Below, piece by piece: positions 17,527-27,044 of a DNA stretch of 64,000 bases. Positions within the stretch are counted from its first letter, which is position 1; each line of letters begins with the position of its first letter. The position numbers were made by a program, and so were the translations under genes. Origin of the DNA: Candidatus Eiseniibacteriota bacterium (GTDB lineage Bacteria > Eisenbacteria > RBG-16-71-46). The notes under the pieces are model-generated. The model was not told the origin of the DNA. It did not search any database and was given only the letters and a program-made list of their open reading frames with translations. Location: NCBI GenBank assembly GCA_038231135.1, contig JBBRLX010000005.1, positions 64,001 through 128,000 of the forward strand, in the 5' to 3' direction.

Positions 17527-20500
17527 TCAGGGAGTTACGACGAACCTTCGCACCAGACGCCGTCCTGAGGCGTCCAGGCGCGCGAAGTACAGCCCCGCGG
17601 GCACCGCCCCGCGCGACGCGGTGGCGTCCCAGCGAATCGAATAGGCGCCCGCGGCGAACGTGCCGTGCGCGAGCTCGGCGATCTCTCGGCCCTGCACGTC
17701 GATCACATCGAGCCGTACGCGGGTTTCGGCCGGCAGCGAAAAGCCGAACGTGGCGTGGCGGCGGAGCGGGTTCGGCGCCACCGGCGCCAGCGCGAGCGTG
17801 AGCGCGTTCGCTCCGACGGCGGTCGTGCCGCCGATCGCGAACGCGGAGTCGCTGAGATCGGCGGCGGTGTGTCCGGCGGCGTCGTGCGCGACGACTTCGA
17901 GGAACGCGGTCGATGTGGCGGCTCCGCTCACGACCCAGTCGTAGGAGCCCGAGTTCGGCACGCCGAGCGCGATCGTCTGGAACGGCCCGGCCGCGCCGGT
18001 GCGCGACAGCAGCAGGTCGACGGCGGTGACGGCGGCGTTGTCCGTCGCGCTCCAGGTCAGCGCGGCATGCTGGCCGAGCGTCAGCGTCTCGCCGCCCACC
18101 GGCGACACCACCGTGACGGCGGGCGCCACGGTGTCGGCGAACGTCGCTGCGATCACGTGATCGGCGGTCACGGCCGGGAACGTCCAATGGTCGGCCGCCG
18201 GCTGCGCCACGCCATCGACCACGAGCGGACCGCTCGCGAACCCGGCATCGGGCGCGATCGTTACGCCCGCGTCCTGGCCGGCCGCGAGGTGCTGGACGCC
18301 CCCGGGCGTGATCGTGCCGCCGGCGGTCGGCTCGGCCGCGACGAGGAAGCTGTCGGGCTGGCCGGTGACGAATGCGCCGAACGCGCCGAGCCAGGTCGCG
18401 GAGACGCCGGTGGCGCCGTGGCCGAGCACGAGCGCGGGCCACCACTGGGCGCCGTCGTAGCGGCGCACGACGAAGCTGTCGGACACGGCACCCGGGTCGA
18501 GATCGCCGGGTACGAATGTGAACGCGGCGTCGTAGCGGTCGAAACCGGGGCCGTCGGCCGCCAGGTCCCAATGGCGATGGACGTCGCGCGTGGTGTCGAG
18601 CAGCGCGGCCGCCACCGCCGGGTGTTCCGTGCCCCGCGTGGCGGCGGTGACGTCGAACGGCTGTGTGACGTGGGCGAACGTGAGCGCCACCGGTGCTGCG
18701 GTGCCCGCGTCGCCGATCTCGAACGCCGCCGGCACGGCGGAGCCGGTGTCGACGCGTTTGCGCAGTGCGCCGACGACCCAGCCGCCGGTGGCCGCCACGG
18801 TGCCCGGCACGAACAGCGTATCGGCGCCGGCGTCGAGGTTGCCGGCCGCGATCTCGAGGGTACCGCTCACGGTGTGGAGGAGTCCCGGGCCGCCGAGCGT
18901 CACGCCCAGGGGATTCTCGATGCGCAGCGTGGTCCCGGTCGCGGCGAGCGTGGCTCCGGACGCGAAGGACAGCTGCTGGGGCGCCGTGCCCGCGAGCCGC
19001 AGGGTGATCGTTCCGGGGCCGGCCAGCAGCGGCTGCACGGCGGCGGTGCTGGTCGAGACGACGTTGCCGAGCACGGTCAGCGTGCCCGCGCGCGACGCGG
19101 TGCCGGTGATGCCGCCGCCCGACACCGCCGGGTTCACGGGCACGCGCGACAGGTCGCCCGTTACGGTGAGGTTCGTCACGCCGGAATCGCTGAGCACGAT
19201 CGTGCCGCCCGCGGCGCCGGAGCCGGCGGCGCCGCCGAGCGTCAGGCTGCGCAGCGTGAGCGTACCGGTGCCAGGGGTGCCGAACAGCAGCCTGCCGCTC
19301 GAATTCGCGAAGTTCACGATGACGTCGCCCAGCTGCGTGCCGTCGACGGCGATCAGCCTGGAGCCCGCGGCGCCCGCGAACGCGAGCGCGCCGCCGGGAT
19401 CGGACTGCCACGTGCCGTTGACGAGCACGTGCGCCGGTCCCGCGGCCGCGAGCGTGATCCGGTGGCCGCCGTCGGCCAGCGTGACGCCGCCCGCGACACG
19501 CACCGCGCCGTGAGCGAGGTTCGAACCGAAACTGGCGGTGAGCGTGAGGTCGCCGTCGAGGGTCTTGGTGCCCGAACCCGATACCGCGAGCGCCGCCGCC
19601 GGCGGATGATTTGCCGCGCTGACGTTCTGATCGCCCGCGGCGTCGTATTCGACGGTGCTGCCGAGCGCGTACGTCGCGCCGCCGGCGGCCGCGATCACGC
19701 CGCCGAGCCCGGCGGGGTCGTCGATCGCGGTGGCGAGAGTGCCCGTGGACGCGACGGCGAGCGCGCCGCCGCCGCCGATGCCGAACCCGGCGCATTCGAG
19801 CCGGCCGGCCACGTTCAGCGTGCGCCCGGCGCCGACCGCCACGTTGTCCGCCAGCGTGCAGACGGCGCCGGACGCCACGGTCAGGTTCATTTCGATCGGC
19901 GACAGCGACAGCGGCGTGAGCGGCGTGCGGGAGTCGCGGCGGGCGGGCGCCAGCGTGGCGCCGCCGAGCGTGCCCGTGCCGGTCAGCAAGATCGTGAGAC
20001 TGCCGAGGTTCGCGCCGCCGGTGAGGCCGCCATACTCGAAGCTGCCACCCACCGACAGCGTGGTCGGTGTCGCGGCGGTGAGCTCGAGCCGGGCCGTGCC
20101 CGCCACCGTGAGGTCGTGCGCCACCTGGAACGCGCCACCCGCCGCGAGCCGCTTGGGATTCGCCACGCCGCCGTTCTCGCACACGAGGTTCCAGTGCGTG
20201 ACGCCGCCGCCGACCGTCTGCGTGCCGGTGCCGGCCAGCCGCGTCGTGCCGGTTGCGGCAGTGAACGTGCCGGACGTCACCGTGAACGAGCCGTCGAGCA
20301 CCAGCGAACCCGTGCCGAGGTCGATGGCGCCGCCGGCGAGGGTGAACGTACCGTTCGCGACGAGCTGGCCCGGCGCGCCGAGCGACACGGCGCCCCCGGT
20401 CAGCGTGATCGCTCCGTGGGCGGTGAAGCTGCCCCCGGTGATGGCGAGGGTGCCGCCCTGGATCGCGGTCGCGCCGGTCACCGACACGCTGCCGGCGCCG

Positions 20501-23500
20501 AACGTCACGCTGCCGGCCGTCTGCGTGTAGCCCTGACTCACCGCGATCGCCCCGCCGCCCACCGAGAGCAGCGCGTTCGCGCCCACGTCGAGGTTGCGGC
20601 ACGCGAACGCGCCGGTGACGGCGATCGTCGCGGGCGCGGCCGGCGCCAGCAGGACGTCGTCGTTCGGCCCCGGCACGCCATCGGGGCTCCAGTTCGCGGC
20701 GTCGCCCCACAACGTGGTGCCGGCGCCGCCGTCCCACACGATCGTGGGTGGGTCGAAGCCGATGGTGAAGAACGACTGGCCGGGCACCACGTCCTGGGTG
20801 GCTGTGACGGTGCCCGCGGCCGGAACGCCGGTCGTGCTGCCGCCGAGCGACACATAGCTGCCCGCCAGTGTGGCGCTCTGCGCCACGCGCGGGCTCACCA
20901 GATCGGCCACGCCGTCGTCGGATCCGAACGCGATGCCGACGCGCGCGCCGGGGTTGAGGTTCGCGGTGTTGGTCAGCGTCCACGAATGGACGTGATCGAG
21001 CGATTCGAGCGGGGACACCGGCGCGCCGCCGGTGTTGGTCGTCGTCAGCTCGGCGACGACCGTGCGCGACACGCCGCCGGTCGCGACCTGCGCCAGCGTC
21101 ACCGGCCGCAGCTCGCCATCGCGCCCGATCGGGAACGTACGCGTGACGGGGCTCGAGGTGTTGAATTCGATGCCGAGCGGGCCGCTGACGTAGCTGATCG
21201 AGCTGCCGGTCGCCACCGCCGCGGTGTTCGCGAGCGTCACGAGGTTGGACGTCGACGTCACCAGCGTGCCCTGCGACAGCGTCAGCGAGCCTGTGATCGC
21301 GAGCGCGCCGCCGGACAGCGTCACCGCGTGAGGATTGTCGATGCTCAGGTTCGCGACCGTGCGGCCGGCGGGGATCTCGGCCCCGGTGGTGCGCGCCACG
21401 CCCTCGGTGCCGTACACCAGCGTGTAGCCGCCGCTGCCGATGTTGAACGCCGGCGCCACGTCGAACGCGCCACCCGCGATGTTGAGGAACGGGCGGCCGA
21501 TCTGGACGGTGGACGAGCTGCCGCCGCCGCTGCCGAGCGTGATCTTGTAGGCGTGCGTCACGGTGCCGCGCGTCAGGTCCACGCGCCCCGCGACCAGCGT
21601 GGGAATCGTCACCCCCAGCGTGATGCCGGCGGGATTGTCGAATACCAGCCGCTCGATCGGGCCCGTGAGCACGCCGTTGCCCGCGTAGGTCTGCGCCGTG
21701 ACGCCGTCGAACACCAGCCAGCTGCCGGGCAGCGTGCCCAGGATCGCGCCGTCGTTCTGCAACGCGGCGCCCTGCTGCTGGAACGTGAAGCCGTTCAGAT
21801 CGAGCACCGCGCCGAACGGGATCGTGGTGCCGAGGAACGCCTGGGTCACGGGCGAGGCGGCGAAGATCGTCGCGGTCTTGTTGTTCGTCTGGTTGTCGAT
21901 CAGGACGTTGGGCATGGCGCCCGCGATGCGGAAATTGAACCGCGTGGTCGTGGTGCTGCGGCCCAGCATCAGGGTGCCGCCGGTGATCTCGAGCGATTCC
22001 GATGCGACGCGCCAGTCGACCGGCGTGGCCGCGGAGCTGGCCTGGCGCAGCGTGATCGTGCCGCCCGTCATGCGGAACGAGCTGATCGCGTTGCTGAGAT
22101 CGAACGAGCCGAGGTTCGAGCCGCCGTTGCCGGAATTGGCCACCGTGACGGCGCCACCCGACTGGCTCCACGACACCGCGTTCGAGGTCGCAATCCGGCC
22201 CGACACGACCAGCGAACCCGCCAGGATGTCGTAAACAGCACCCGGGCCGGAGCCGAGCGAATTGCCGGAGCCGGTGCCGACGTTCAACGTGCCCTGCGCC
22301 AGCCGCAGGGTGCCGTTCATGGTCGCAGACGCCGCCTGCGCGACGACCGTCAGGTTGGGGTCGTTGAGCCACAGCCCGGACGTCGCGGGCACAACCCACG
22401 CGGGCGCGGCGAACAGCCGGTTGGCGAGCGTGACCGTGCTCGAGATCTCGAGCATGCCGTTCGCCAGCGTGAGAAAGCCGGCGGCGTCGCCGTTCGAGCC
22501 CTGCACGGTGAACGTGCTCGTCAGGAGCTCGAGCACCGAGCCTTGCCCGGAGCCCTTGTCCACCGTGACCGCGCGCACGTCGGTGGTGGCACCCGAGCCG
22601 GAGAATTGGCTGTTGTCGGGGCCGGTGAACGTGATCGCGGCGCCGGCGGTGTTGCTGTTGGTGCTGAAGTCGAGCGTGCCGTTGTTGAGCAGCGTGCCGC
22701 CCAGGGTCAGCTGGTGGGCCACGACGGCGCCCGATGCGGCGGACGCGAACGTGCCGCCGGCGGAGATGGTTACGTTCGAGGTCACGGTCAGCGCGCGGGG
22801 CGTGACGGGCTCGTACAGCAACGTGCCCGCGACGGTGAGCGAGAACGCCGTCGCGCCGGTGTCGATCGTGACGGTGCGCCCGGCGGGGATCGTGACGTTG
22901 TCCGCCGAGGTGGGCACCACGCCGCCCGGCCATGGGGCGTTCACCGTGGTCGAGCTCCAGTTGCCGCTGCCTGCCGCGGTGATCGTGCCCGGGGGCGGGG
23001 TGGCCTGGCTGCCCGTGAGCGGGACCGACGGCGCGGCGGCCTCGTTGGCGGCCGTGATGCGGAAACTGTAGGTGACGCCGGGCGACAGGCCGGTCTGCGC
23101 CAGCGAGTACGTGAAGCCGGCCCCCGGGGTGCTCACCGACGGCACGGTCCCGATCGGCGTGAAGTTGACCCCGTCGCTGGAGCGGTACACGGTGAAGAAC
23201 GTCTCGTTCGTCGAATTGTCGGTCCACTGGACGGTCATGCCCGACTGCGACACCGACGGGAACGTGATCGACACCGGGGCAGCGGGGACGGCGGCGTATT
23301 GCGGCGTGAACGTCACCTGGCTCGCCGTCGCCGGCACCTGGGGCAGTGTGTTGCGTTCGAGGTTGTTGAACGTCGCCGTGTTCGGCGACTGCTGGGCCAG
23401 CAGCTCGGAGGGCAGCGGGGTCATCCCCATCGTGAGCCCGTTGATGCCGCAGCTGTAGGTATAGGCCGGGGCCCCGGGGGTCATGGTGCCGTAGACGAAG

Positions 23501-24066
23501 TCGATGGCGCCCGTCGCCTCATGGAGTCTCACCTGGAAATTGAGGTCGGGACTGGTGTCGAACGGCGTCTCGAGCCCAATCCACTCCACGGTCAGTACGC
23601 GGCTGCCGGGGGCGCCGGTGGTCTGATACTTGACGCTGGACGCCAGCGAGGCGGTGGTGCCCGGATTGCCCTGGGTGCTCAGGTTGTCGTACATCGGAGC
23701 CAGCATCAGCGGGCTGGGAGCGAGGTTCGAGGTGAACGCCGTGTTGCTCGACCCGTAGTCGCTGCTGCCGCCACCCGAGGCGCCCGACGACGACAGATCC
23801 ATGAAGCCGTTCGTCGATGCGCTGAACGAGGTGGACGGCTGGCCCATGTAGTAGAACGTGAATCCGATCGGGGCCGCGATGCTCCGGTTGTCGTCGGTAT
23901 TCGCGCCGTTACGCCATGCCGGCAGGCTAGACCCGGTGGTGGCTATCGAAGCGTAAGTGACACCGGTGGTGCGGGTTACCGGAGCATAGTTCGCGACGCT
24001 CTGGGCGAGTGCGGCGTCGGTTCCGATCACGAGGGCGAGCAGCGCAATGACAGCGGGCCGAATCAT
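17527..24066 (-). CDS. 2179-aa secreted surface protein: FN3 domain, long Gly/Thr-rich beta-solenoid-like region, Ig domains, T9SS/FlgD-like C-terminal domain
   Basis: Signal peptide ending ALA-Q; FN3 VQWTDNSTNETFFTVYRS..GLSPGVTYSFRITAAN; C-terminus LAPVAPNP...RLDVIDVQGR...WD...PAGLYFARL...RFVV. Confidence 0.85.
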   Translation of the reverse strand: MIRPAVIALLALVIGTDAALAQSVANYAPVTRTTGVTYASIATTGSSLPAWRNGANTDDNRSIAAPIGFTFYYMGQPSTSFSASTNGFMDLSSSGASGGGSSDYGSSNTAFTSNLAPSPLMLAPMYDNLSTQGNPGTTASLASSVKYQTTGAPGSRVLTVEWIGLETPFDTSPDLNFQVRLHEATGAIDFVYGTMTPGAPAYTYSCGINGLTMGMTPLPSELLAQQSPNTATFNNLERNTLPQVPATASQVTFTPQYAAVPAAPVSITFPSVSQSGMTVQWTDNSTNETFFTVYRSSDGVNFTPIGTVPSVSTPGAGFTYSLAQTGLSPGVTYSFRITAANEAAAPSVPLTGSQATPPPGTITAAGSGNWSSTTVNAPWPGGVVPTSADNVTIPAGRTVTIDTGATAFSLTVAGTLLYEPVTPRALTVTSNVTISAGGTFASAASGAVVAHQLTLGGTLLNNGTLDFSTNSNTAGAAITFTGPDNSQFSGSGATTDVRAVTVDKGSGQGSVLELLTSTFTVQGSNGDAAGFLTLANGMLEISSTVTLANRLFAAPAWVVPATSGLWLNDPNLTVVAQAASATMNGTLRLAQGTLNVGTGSGNSLGSGPGAVYDILAGSLVVSGRIATSNAVSWSQSGGAVTVANSGNGGSNLGSFDLSNAISSFRMTGGTITLRQASSAATPVDWRVASESLEITGGTLMLGRSTTTTRFNFRIAGAMPNVLIDNQTNNKTATIFAASPVTQAFLGTTIPFGAVLDLNGFTFQQQGAALQNDGAILGTLPGSWLVFDGVTAQTYAGNGVLTGPIERLVFDNPAGITLGVTIPTLVAGRVDLTRGTVTHAYKITLGSGGGSSSTVQIGRPFLNIAGGAFDVAPAFNIGSGGYTLVYGTEGVARTTGAEIPAGRTVANLSIDNPHAVTLSGGALAITGSLTLSQGTLVTSTSNLVTLANTAAVATGSSISYVSGPLGIEFNTSSPVTRTFPIGRDGELRPVTLAQVATGGVSRTVVAELTTTNTGGAPVSPLESLDHVHSWTLTNTANLNPGARVGIAFGSDDGVADLVSPRVAQSATLAGSYVSLGGSTTGVPAAGTVTATQDVVPGQSFFTIGFDPPTIVWDGGAGTTLWGDAANWSPDGVPGPNDDVLLAPAAPATIAVTGAFACRNLDVGANALLSVGGGAIAVSQGYTQTAGSVTFGAGSVSVTGATAIQGGTLAITGGSFTAHGAITLTGGAVSLGAPGQLVANGTFTLAGGAIDLGTGSLVLDGSFTVTSGTFTAATGTTRLAGTGTQTVGGGVTHWNLVCENGGVANPKRLAAGGAFQVAHDLTVAGTARLELTAATPTTLSVGGSFEYGGLTGGANLGSLTILLTGTGTLGGATLAPARRDSRTPLTPLSLSPIEMNLTVASGAVCTLADNVAVGAGRTLNVAGRLECAGFGIGGGGALAVASTGTLATAIDDPAGLGGVIAAAGGATYALGSTVEYDAAGDQNVSAANHPPAAALAVSGSGTKTLDGDLTLTASFGSNLAHGAVRVAGGVTLADGGHRITLAAAGPAHVLVNGTWQSDPGGALAFAGAAGSRLIAVDGTQLGDVIVNFANSSGRLLFGTPGTGTLTLRSLTLGGAAGSGAAGGTIVLSDSGVTNLTVTGDLSRVPVNPAVSGGGITGTASRAGTLTVLGNVVSTSTAAVQPLLAGPGTITLRLAGTAPQQLSFASGATLAATGTTLRIENPLGVTLGGPGLLHTVSGTLEIAAGNLDAGADTLFVPGTVAATGGWVVGALRKRVDTGSAVPAAFEIGDAGTAAPVALTFAHVTQPFDVTAATRGTEHPAVAAALLDTTRDVHRHWDLAADGPGFDRYDAAFTFVPGDLDPGAVSDSFVVRRYDGAQWWPALVLGHGATGVSATWLGAFGAFVTGQPDSFLVAAEPTAGGTITPGGVQHLAAGQDAGVTIAPDAGFASGPLVVDGVAQPAADHWTFPAVTADHVIAATFADTVAPAVTVVSPVGGETLTLGQHAALTWSATDNAAVTAVDLLLSRTGAAGPFQTIALGVPNSGSYDWVVSGAATSTAFLEVVAHDAAGHTAADLSDSAFAIGGTTAVGANALTLALAPVAPNPLRRHATFGFSLPAETRVRLDVIDVQGREIAELAHGTFAAGAYSIRWDATASRGAVPAGLYFARLDASGRRLVRRFVVTP

Positions 24067-24170
24067 TCCGGGGTCCCCTTGGGAAGTTGTGTGCGATGGG
24101 TCGAATCAGGGACGAGCGGAACGGGCGGGTGTGGCAGATGTATCAAACGTTTCGTTCCACCGGTTTGGAC

Positions 24171-24186
24171 TGCAATATGCAAGCCA
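24171..24186 (-). promoter_or_regulatory. Putative sigma54 (-24/-12) promoter of the 2179-aa gene
   Basis: Minus strand TGGCTTGCATATTGCA has exact GG-N10-GC spacing, about 105 nt upstream of the ATG in an AT-rich intergenic region. Confidence 0.6.
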
Positions 24187-24369
24187 TCGTGCAATATTAC
24201 CGTTATCAAACCCCGGAATTCGGGCGCAGTCAGCGTTTCTCCATACACATCCAGCATTTGCGGGCACGCCGCGTCGGGTCTGATCCGGCCGATCACCTGG
24301 CGTCCAAGGTGGGGAATATCCCACATTTCGGGTGTGTAAAAACCCAGTATTTTGTTATGTTGCAATCAG

Positions 24370-24398
24370 TTGACGGCATCGTCGTGACTCGTTACACT
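24370..24398 (+). promoter_or_regulatory. Putative sigma70 promoter of the polysaccharide operon
   Basis: TTGACG-N17-TACACT, 47 nt before ATG 24446, preceded by an AT-rich tract. Confidence 0.65.
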
Positions 24399-24445
24399 TT
24401 TTCGGTTGTTTGTTCTCACCAATCGCAGTCTCGGAGCTCTGACCC

Positions 24446-25648
24446 ATGAGAAGCAGGACATCATGGTCATGGGTGACGTGTCTCGTCGCGGCCGGATGCG
24501 CGGGGGGCGCCTCCCTGGCCCACGCCATCACCTGGGCACCATACCTGAGCCTGGACGGGCGGTATGACGACAACGTATTGCATCGGCCCCAAGGGGCCGA
24601 TGACGTGGTCAGTGTGGCGACCCCGGGACTCAAGATTTTCAACCGCGATCCGATCACGTCCTATGACCTGGACGGCAGCAGCGGTTTCACCTCGTATTCC
24701 AGGACCCACTTGAAGACTTCGCGACGTGACATTGCCACGCTCGACCTGACGCACAACCCGGGCTATTTTGAGAAGCTCGACCTCAACGCGTGGTACCAGC
24801 GTTCGGCGGATCCAATCGACTTCCGCCAGGGCACGGTCACCCAGCGCGGGGACGTCAGCAGCGCCGGCGGGACGGGCGAGTTGTCGTTGTTTCGGGTGGG
24901 GGCGGCGGCGGATGTGCGCCGCTGGGATTACGCCGACGGACAGTTGGCCGATGGCCGGTCGACGAACGTGACGGGCCGGCTGTTTCCGGTGAACACCCGG
25001 AGCACGCGATTCGCGCTCGAAGCGCGGCGGAGTGAATTGGAAGTGGGAGACGGGGTGGCGCTCCAGGCTGGTTACGAGACCGCATCATTCAGGCGGCAGC
25101 ATTCCGACAACTTCTGGTCGGAGCTCGAGGCCGGCCGTGTGGAGGCGCGATTTCGCGACGGCACCCGCAAGGTGCATTCCGCGATCGCCGCGTCGTTCAG
25201 CCGGTCGAGCGGAGGCGCGAGGACGCCGGTCACCCTGTCGGTCCGGGTCGCCGACGACATCGCGACCACCGTCGATGCCGGGCTCACGGGCCGGGGCGCC
25301 GGCCGGTCCCTGGGGCTCCGCTACGAGACGCGACTCGATGCCGACGGTGGTCTCTACCGCGTGCCCACGCTCAGCCGGCGCGGGACGCTCGACGCCAGCG
25401 ACACGCTCGGCGGCCGGCTGGTGATCGACGCGAACGGCAGCTTTGCCCGCATCCGTGCGTTCCACGGGAGCGGGCCGGGAGTCGACCAATGGCGCGCGGA
25501 AGCCGGAATCTCGAAGCCGATCGGCCCGTGGCTCACGGCGCGGGTCGCCTACGACTTCCTGCGCCAGGATGTGCCGCTCCCGGGCAGCGACAGCAAGTTC
25601 GATCGAAGCCGTTACAGCATCGGGTTCACGCTGGCCCCCGCGCAATGA
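24446..25648 (+). CDS. Outer-membrane beta-barrel protein associated with polysaccharide export
   Basis: Signal peptide (AHA); N-terminal PYLSLDGRYDDNV...VATPGL; alternating amphipathic strands; C-terminal FDRSRYSIGFTL; first gene before OPX. Confidence 0.7.
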   Translation: MRSRTSWSWVTCLVAAGCAGGASLAHAITWAPYLSLDGRYDDNVLHRPQGADDVVSVATPGLKIFNRDPITSYDLDGSSGFTSYSRTHLKTSRRDIATLDLTHNPGYFEKLDLNAWYQRSADPIDFRQGTVTQRGDVSSAGGTGELSLFRVGAAADVRRWDYADGQLADGRSTNVTGRLFPVNTRSTRFALEARRSELEVGDGVALQAGYETASFRRQHSDNFWSELEAGRVEARFRDGTRKVHSAIAASFSRSSGGARTPVTLSVRVADDIATTVDAGLTGRGAGRSLGLRYETRLDADGGLYRVPTLSRRGTLDASDTLGGRLVIDANGSFARIRAFHGSGPGVDQWRAEAGISKPIGPWLTARVAYDFLRQDVPLPGSDSKFDRSRYSIGFTLAPAQ

Positions 25649-25730
25649 CGGGCACCGACATGACCGCTCGCATCATCCTCAGGACCGCAGCAACCTCGCC
25701 GCCCGAAGCCGCGACGGAAGGAGCCGTGAA

Positions 25731-27026
25731 GTGATCCAGGCAAGACAGGCAGTCTACGCGGGTGCGCTGGGGCTCTTGGTGCTGCTGGCCGGCTGCGCCG
25801 GTGCCCCCGTGCGCAGGACGAACACGCGTCCCGAGGCGATCATCGTGTCGCCGAAGGACGGTTCGACGGTCATGGCCGGAGAGTCGGTGGCACTGGCCGC
25901 AGACGCGCGCGACCAGCAGGAACCGGCCGCGCGGCTCCAGTACCAGTGGGACGTCGACGCGATCCGGGCGGACCACAGCCGCCGCCGGGTGCTGAGTCTG
26001 CGGGGGATCAAGACCGCGTTCGAGCCGCCCACGACGACCGTGGATCACTACGAAGTGCGGCTGATCGTCACCGATTCCGGCATGCTGCGCGACACCGTGC
26101 ACGTGCGGCTCGCCGCGATCCCGCGGCCGGCGAAGCCGGTGGCGAGCGCGACCGCGTCCCGCAGTGCCACGACTCCCGTCGCACCCCGGATCGGCAATCA
26201 CACCGCGCCGGAGAAGCCGTCGCATACGGCGAAGGCTCCCGTCCGCACCGCGTCCGCCGGTTCGAAGCCAAAGGGGAGCGGCCCCGCGCCGGCAGCCACC
26301 GCCTCCGCGGACGGCGGCCACACCGTCTCGAGCCCGACCGCGCAGCCGTCCCTGGCGGCTCGCAGCGCCACCGCGGTCCAGGTCCCGCCGCCCGCGACCG
26401 TCGACGCCGCGCCGCCGCCGGCGACCACGACCGCGGCCAGCCCGGCATCGAGCCGGGACAGCGGAGCCGCCAAGCCGAATCCGCCCTCGCCGCCGCCGGT
26501 CGCGCCGCAGACGCAGCCGGCTCCGGACGAGGCGTCCTATCCGCTCGGTCCCGGCGACGAAGTCCACGTCGCGATCTATGCCGGCGGCGAGAAGCAGGAG
26601 GATTTTTCCGGGAACGTGGCGCCGTCGGGCACGCTGACGAGCCCGCTGATCGGCGAGATCCCGGTGTCCGGGCTCACCGCATCGGAGGTGTCCAACCGGA
26701 TTCGCGAGATCCTCGCCCGCGACTACTTCGTGAATCCGCAGGTGATGGTGAGCGTCGCGTCGTTCGCCCGCAAGGTGTACGTGTCGGGCGAAGTGCGCAA
26801 TCCCGGTGGCTACTCGGTCGCGACCGGGCTGACGGTGATGAGCGTGTGCACGCTGGCCGGTGGCTTCACCGACTTCGCGTCGCTCAAGAGTGTGAAGCTG
26901 ATCCGCACCGAGAACGGCAGGACGCGGACGATCGATATCGACCTTTCCAAGGTGCGTCGCGGTAAAGCGCCGGACCTGGCCGTCATGGCGGGCGACCGCA
27001 TCGACGTGCCTCACCGCCGCTACTAG
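25731..27026 (+). CDS. OPX/Wza-family polysaccharide export lipoprotein with N-terminal Ig/PKD-like domain, Poly_export domain and one SLBB domain
   Basis: Lipobox LLAGC; YPLGPGDEVHV, G.L..PLIGEI.VSGLT, YFVNPQV.V, VYVSGEVRNPG.Y, LAGGFTDFA, GDRIDVP. Confidence 0.88.
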   Translation: MIQARQAVYAGALGLLVLLAGCAGAPVRRTNTRPEAIIVSPKDGSTVMAGESVALAADARDQQEPAARLQYQWDVDAIRADHSRRRVLSLRGIKTAFEPPTTTVDHYEVRLIVTDSGMLRDTVHVRLAAIPRPAKPVASATASRSATTPVAPRIGNHTAPEKPSHTAKAPVRTASAGSKPKGSGPAPAATASADGGHTVSSPTAQPSLAARSATAVQVPPPATVDAAPPPATTTAASPASSRDSGAAKPNPPSPPPVAPQTQPAPDEASYPLGPGDEVHVAIYAGGEKQEDFSGNVAPSGTLTSPLIGEIPVSGLTASEVSNRIREILARDYFVNPQVMVSVASFARKVYVSGEVRNPGGYSVATGLTVMSVCTLAGGFTDFASLKSVKLIRTENGRTRTIDIDLSKVRRGKAPDLAVMAGDRIDVPHRRY

Positions 27027-27044
27027 AGGGCAATCGAGAGACCC

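Noticed and set aside
24166..24181. Plus-strand sigma54-like TGGACTGCAATATGCA
   Set aside because: Spacing is right but both boxes deviate. It is better explained as the mirror of the stronger minus-strand site, and a good sigma70 promoter already serves the operon.
17420..24339. Very long alternative ORFs (2224 aa on +, 1935 aa on -) overlapping the 2179-aa gene
   Set aside because: Arg/Gly/Ala-rich with no motifs; these are the expected shadow frames of high-GC coding DNA. The same applies to most other overlapping ORFs in the track.
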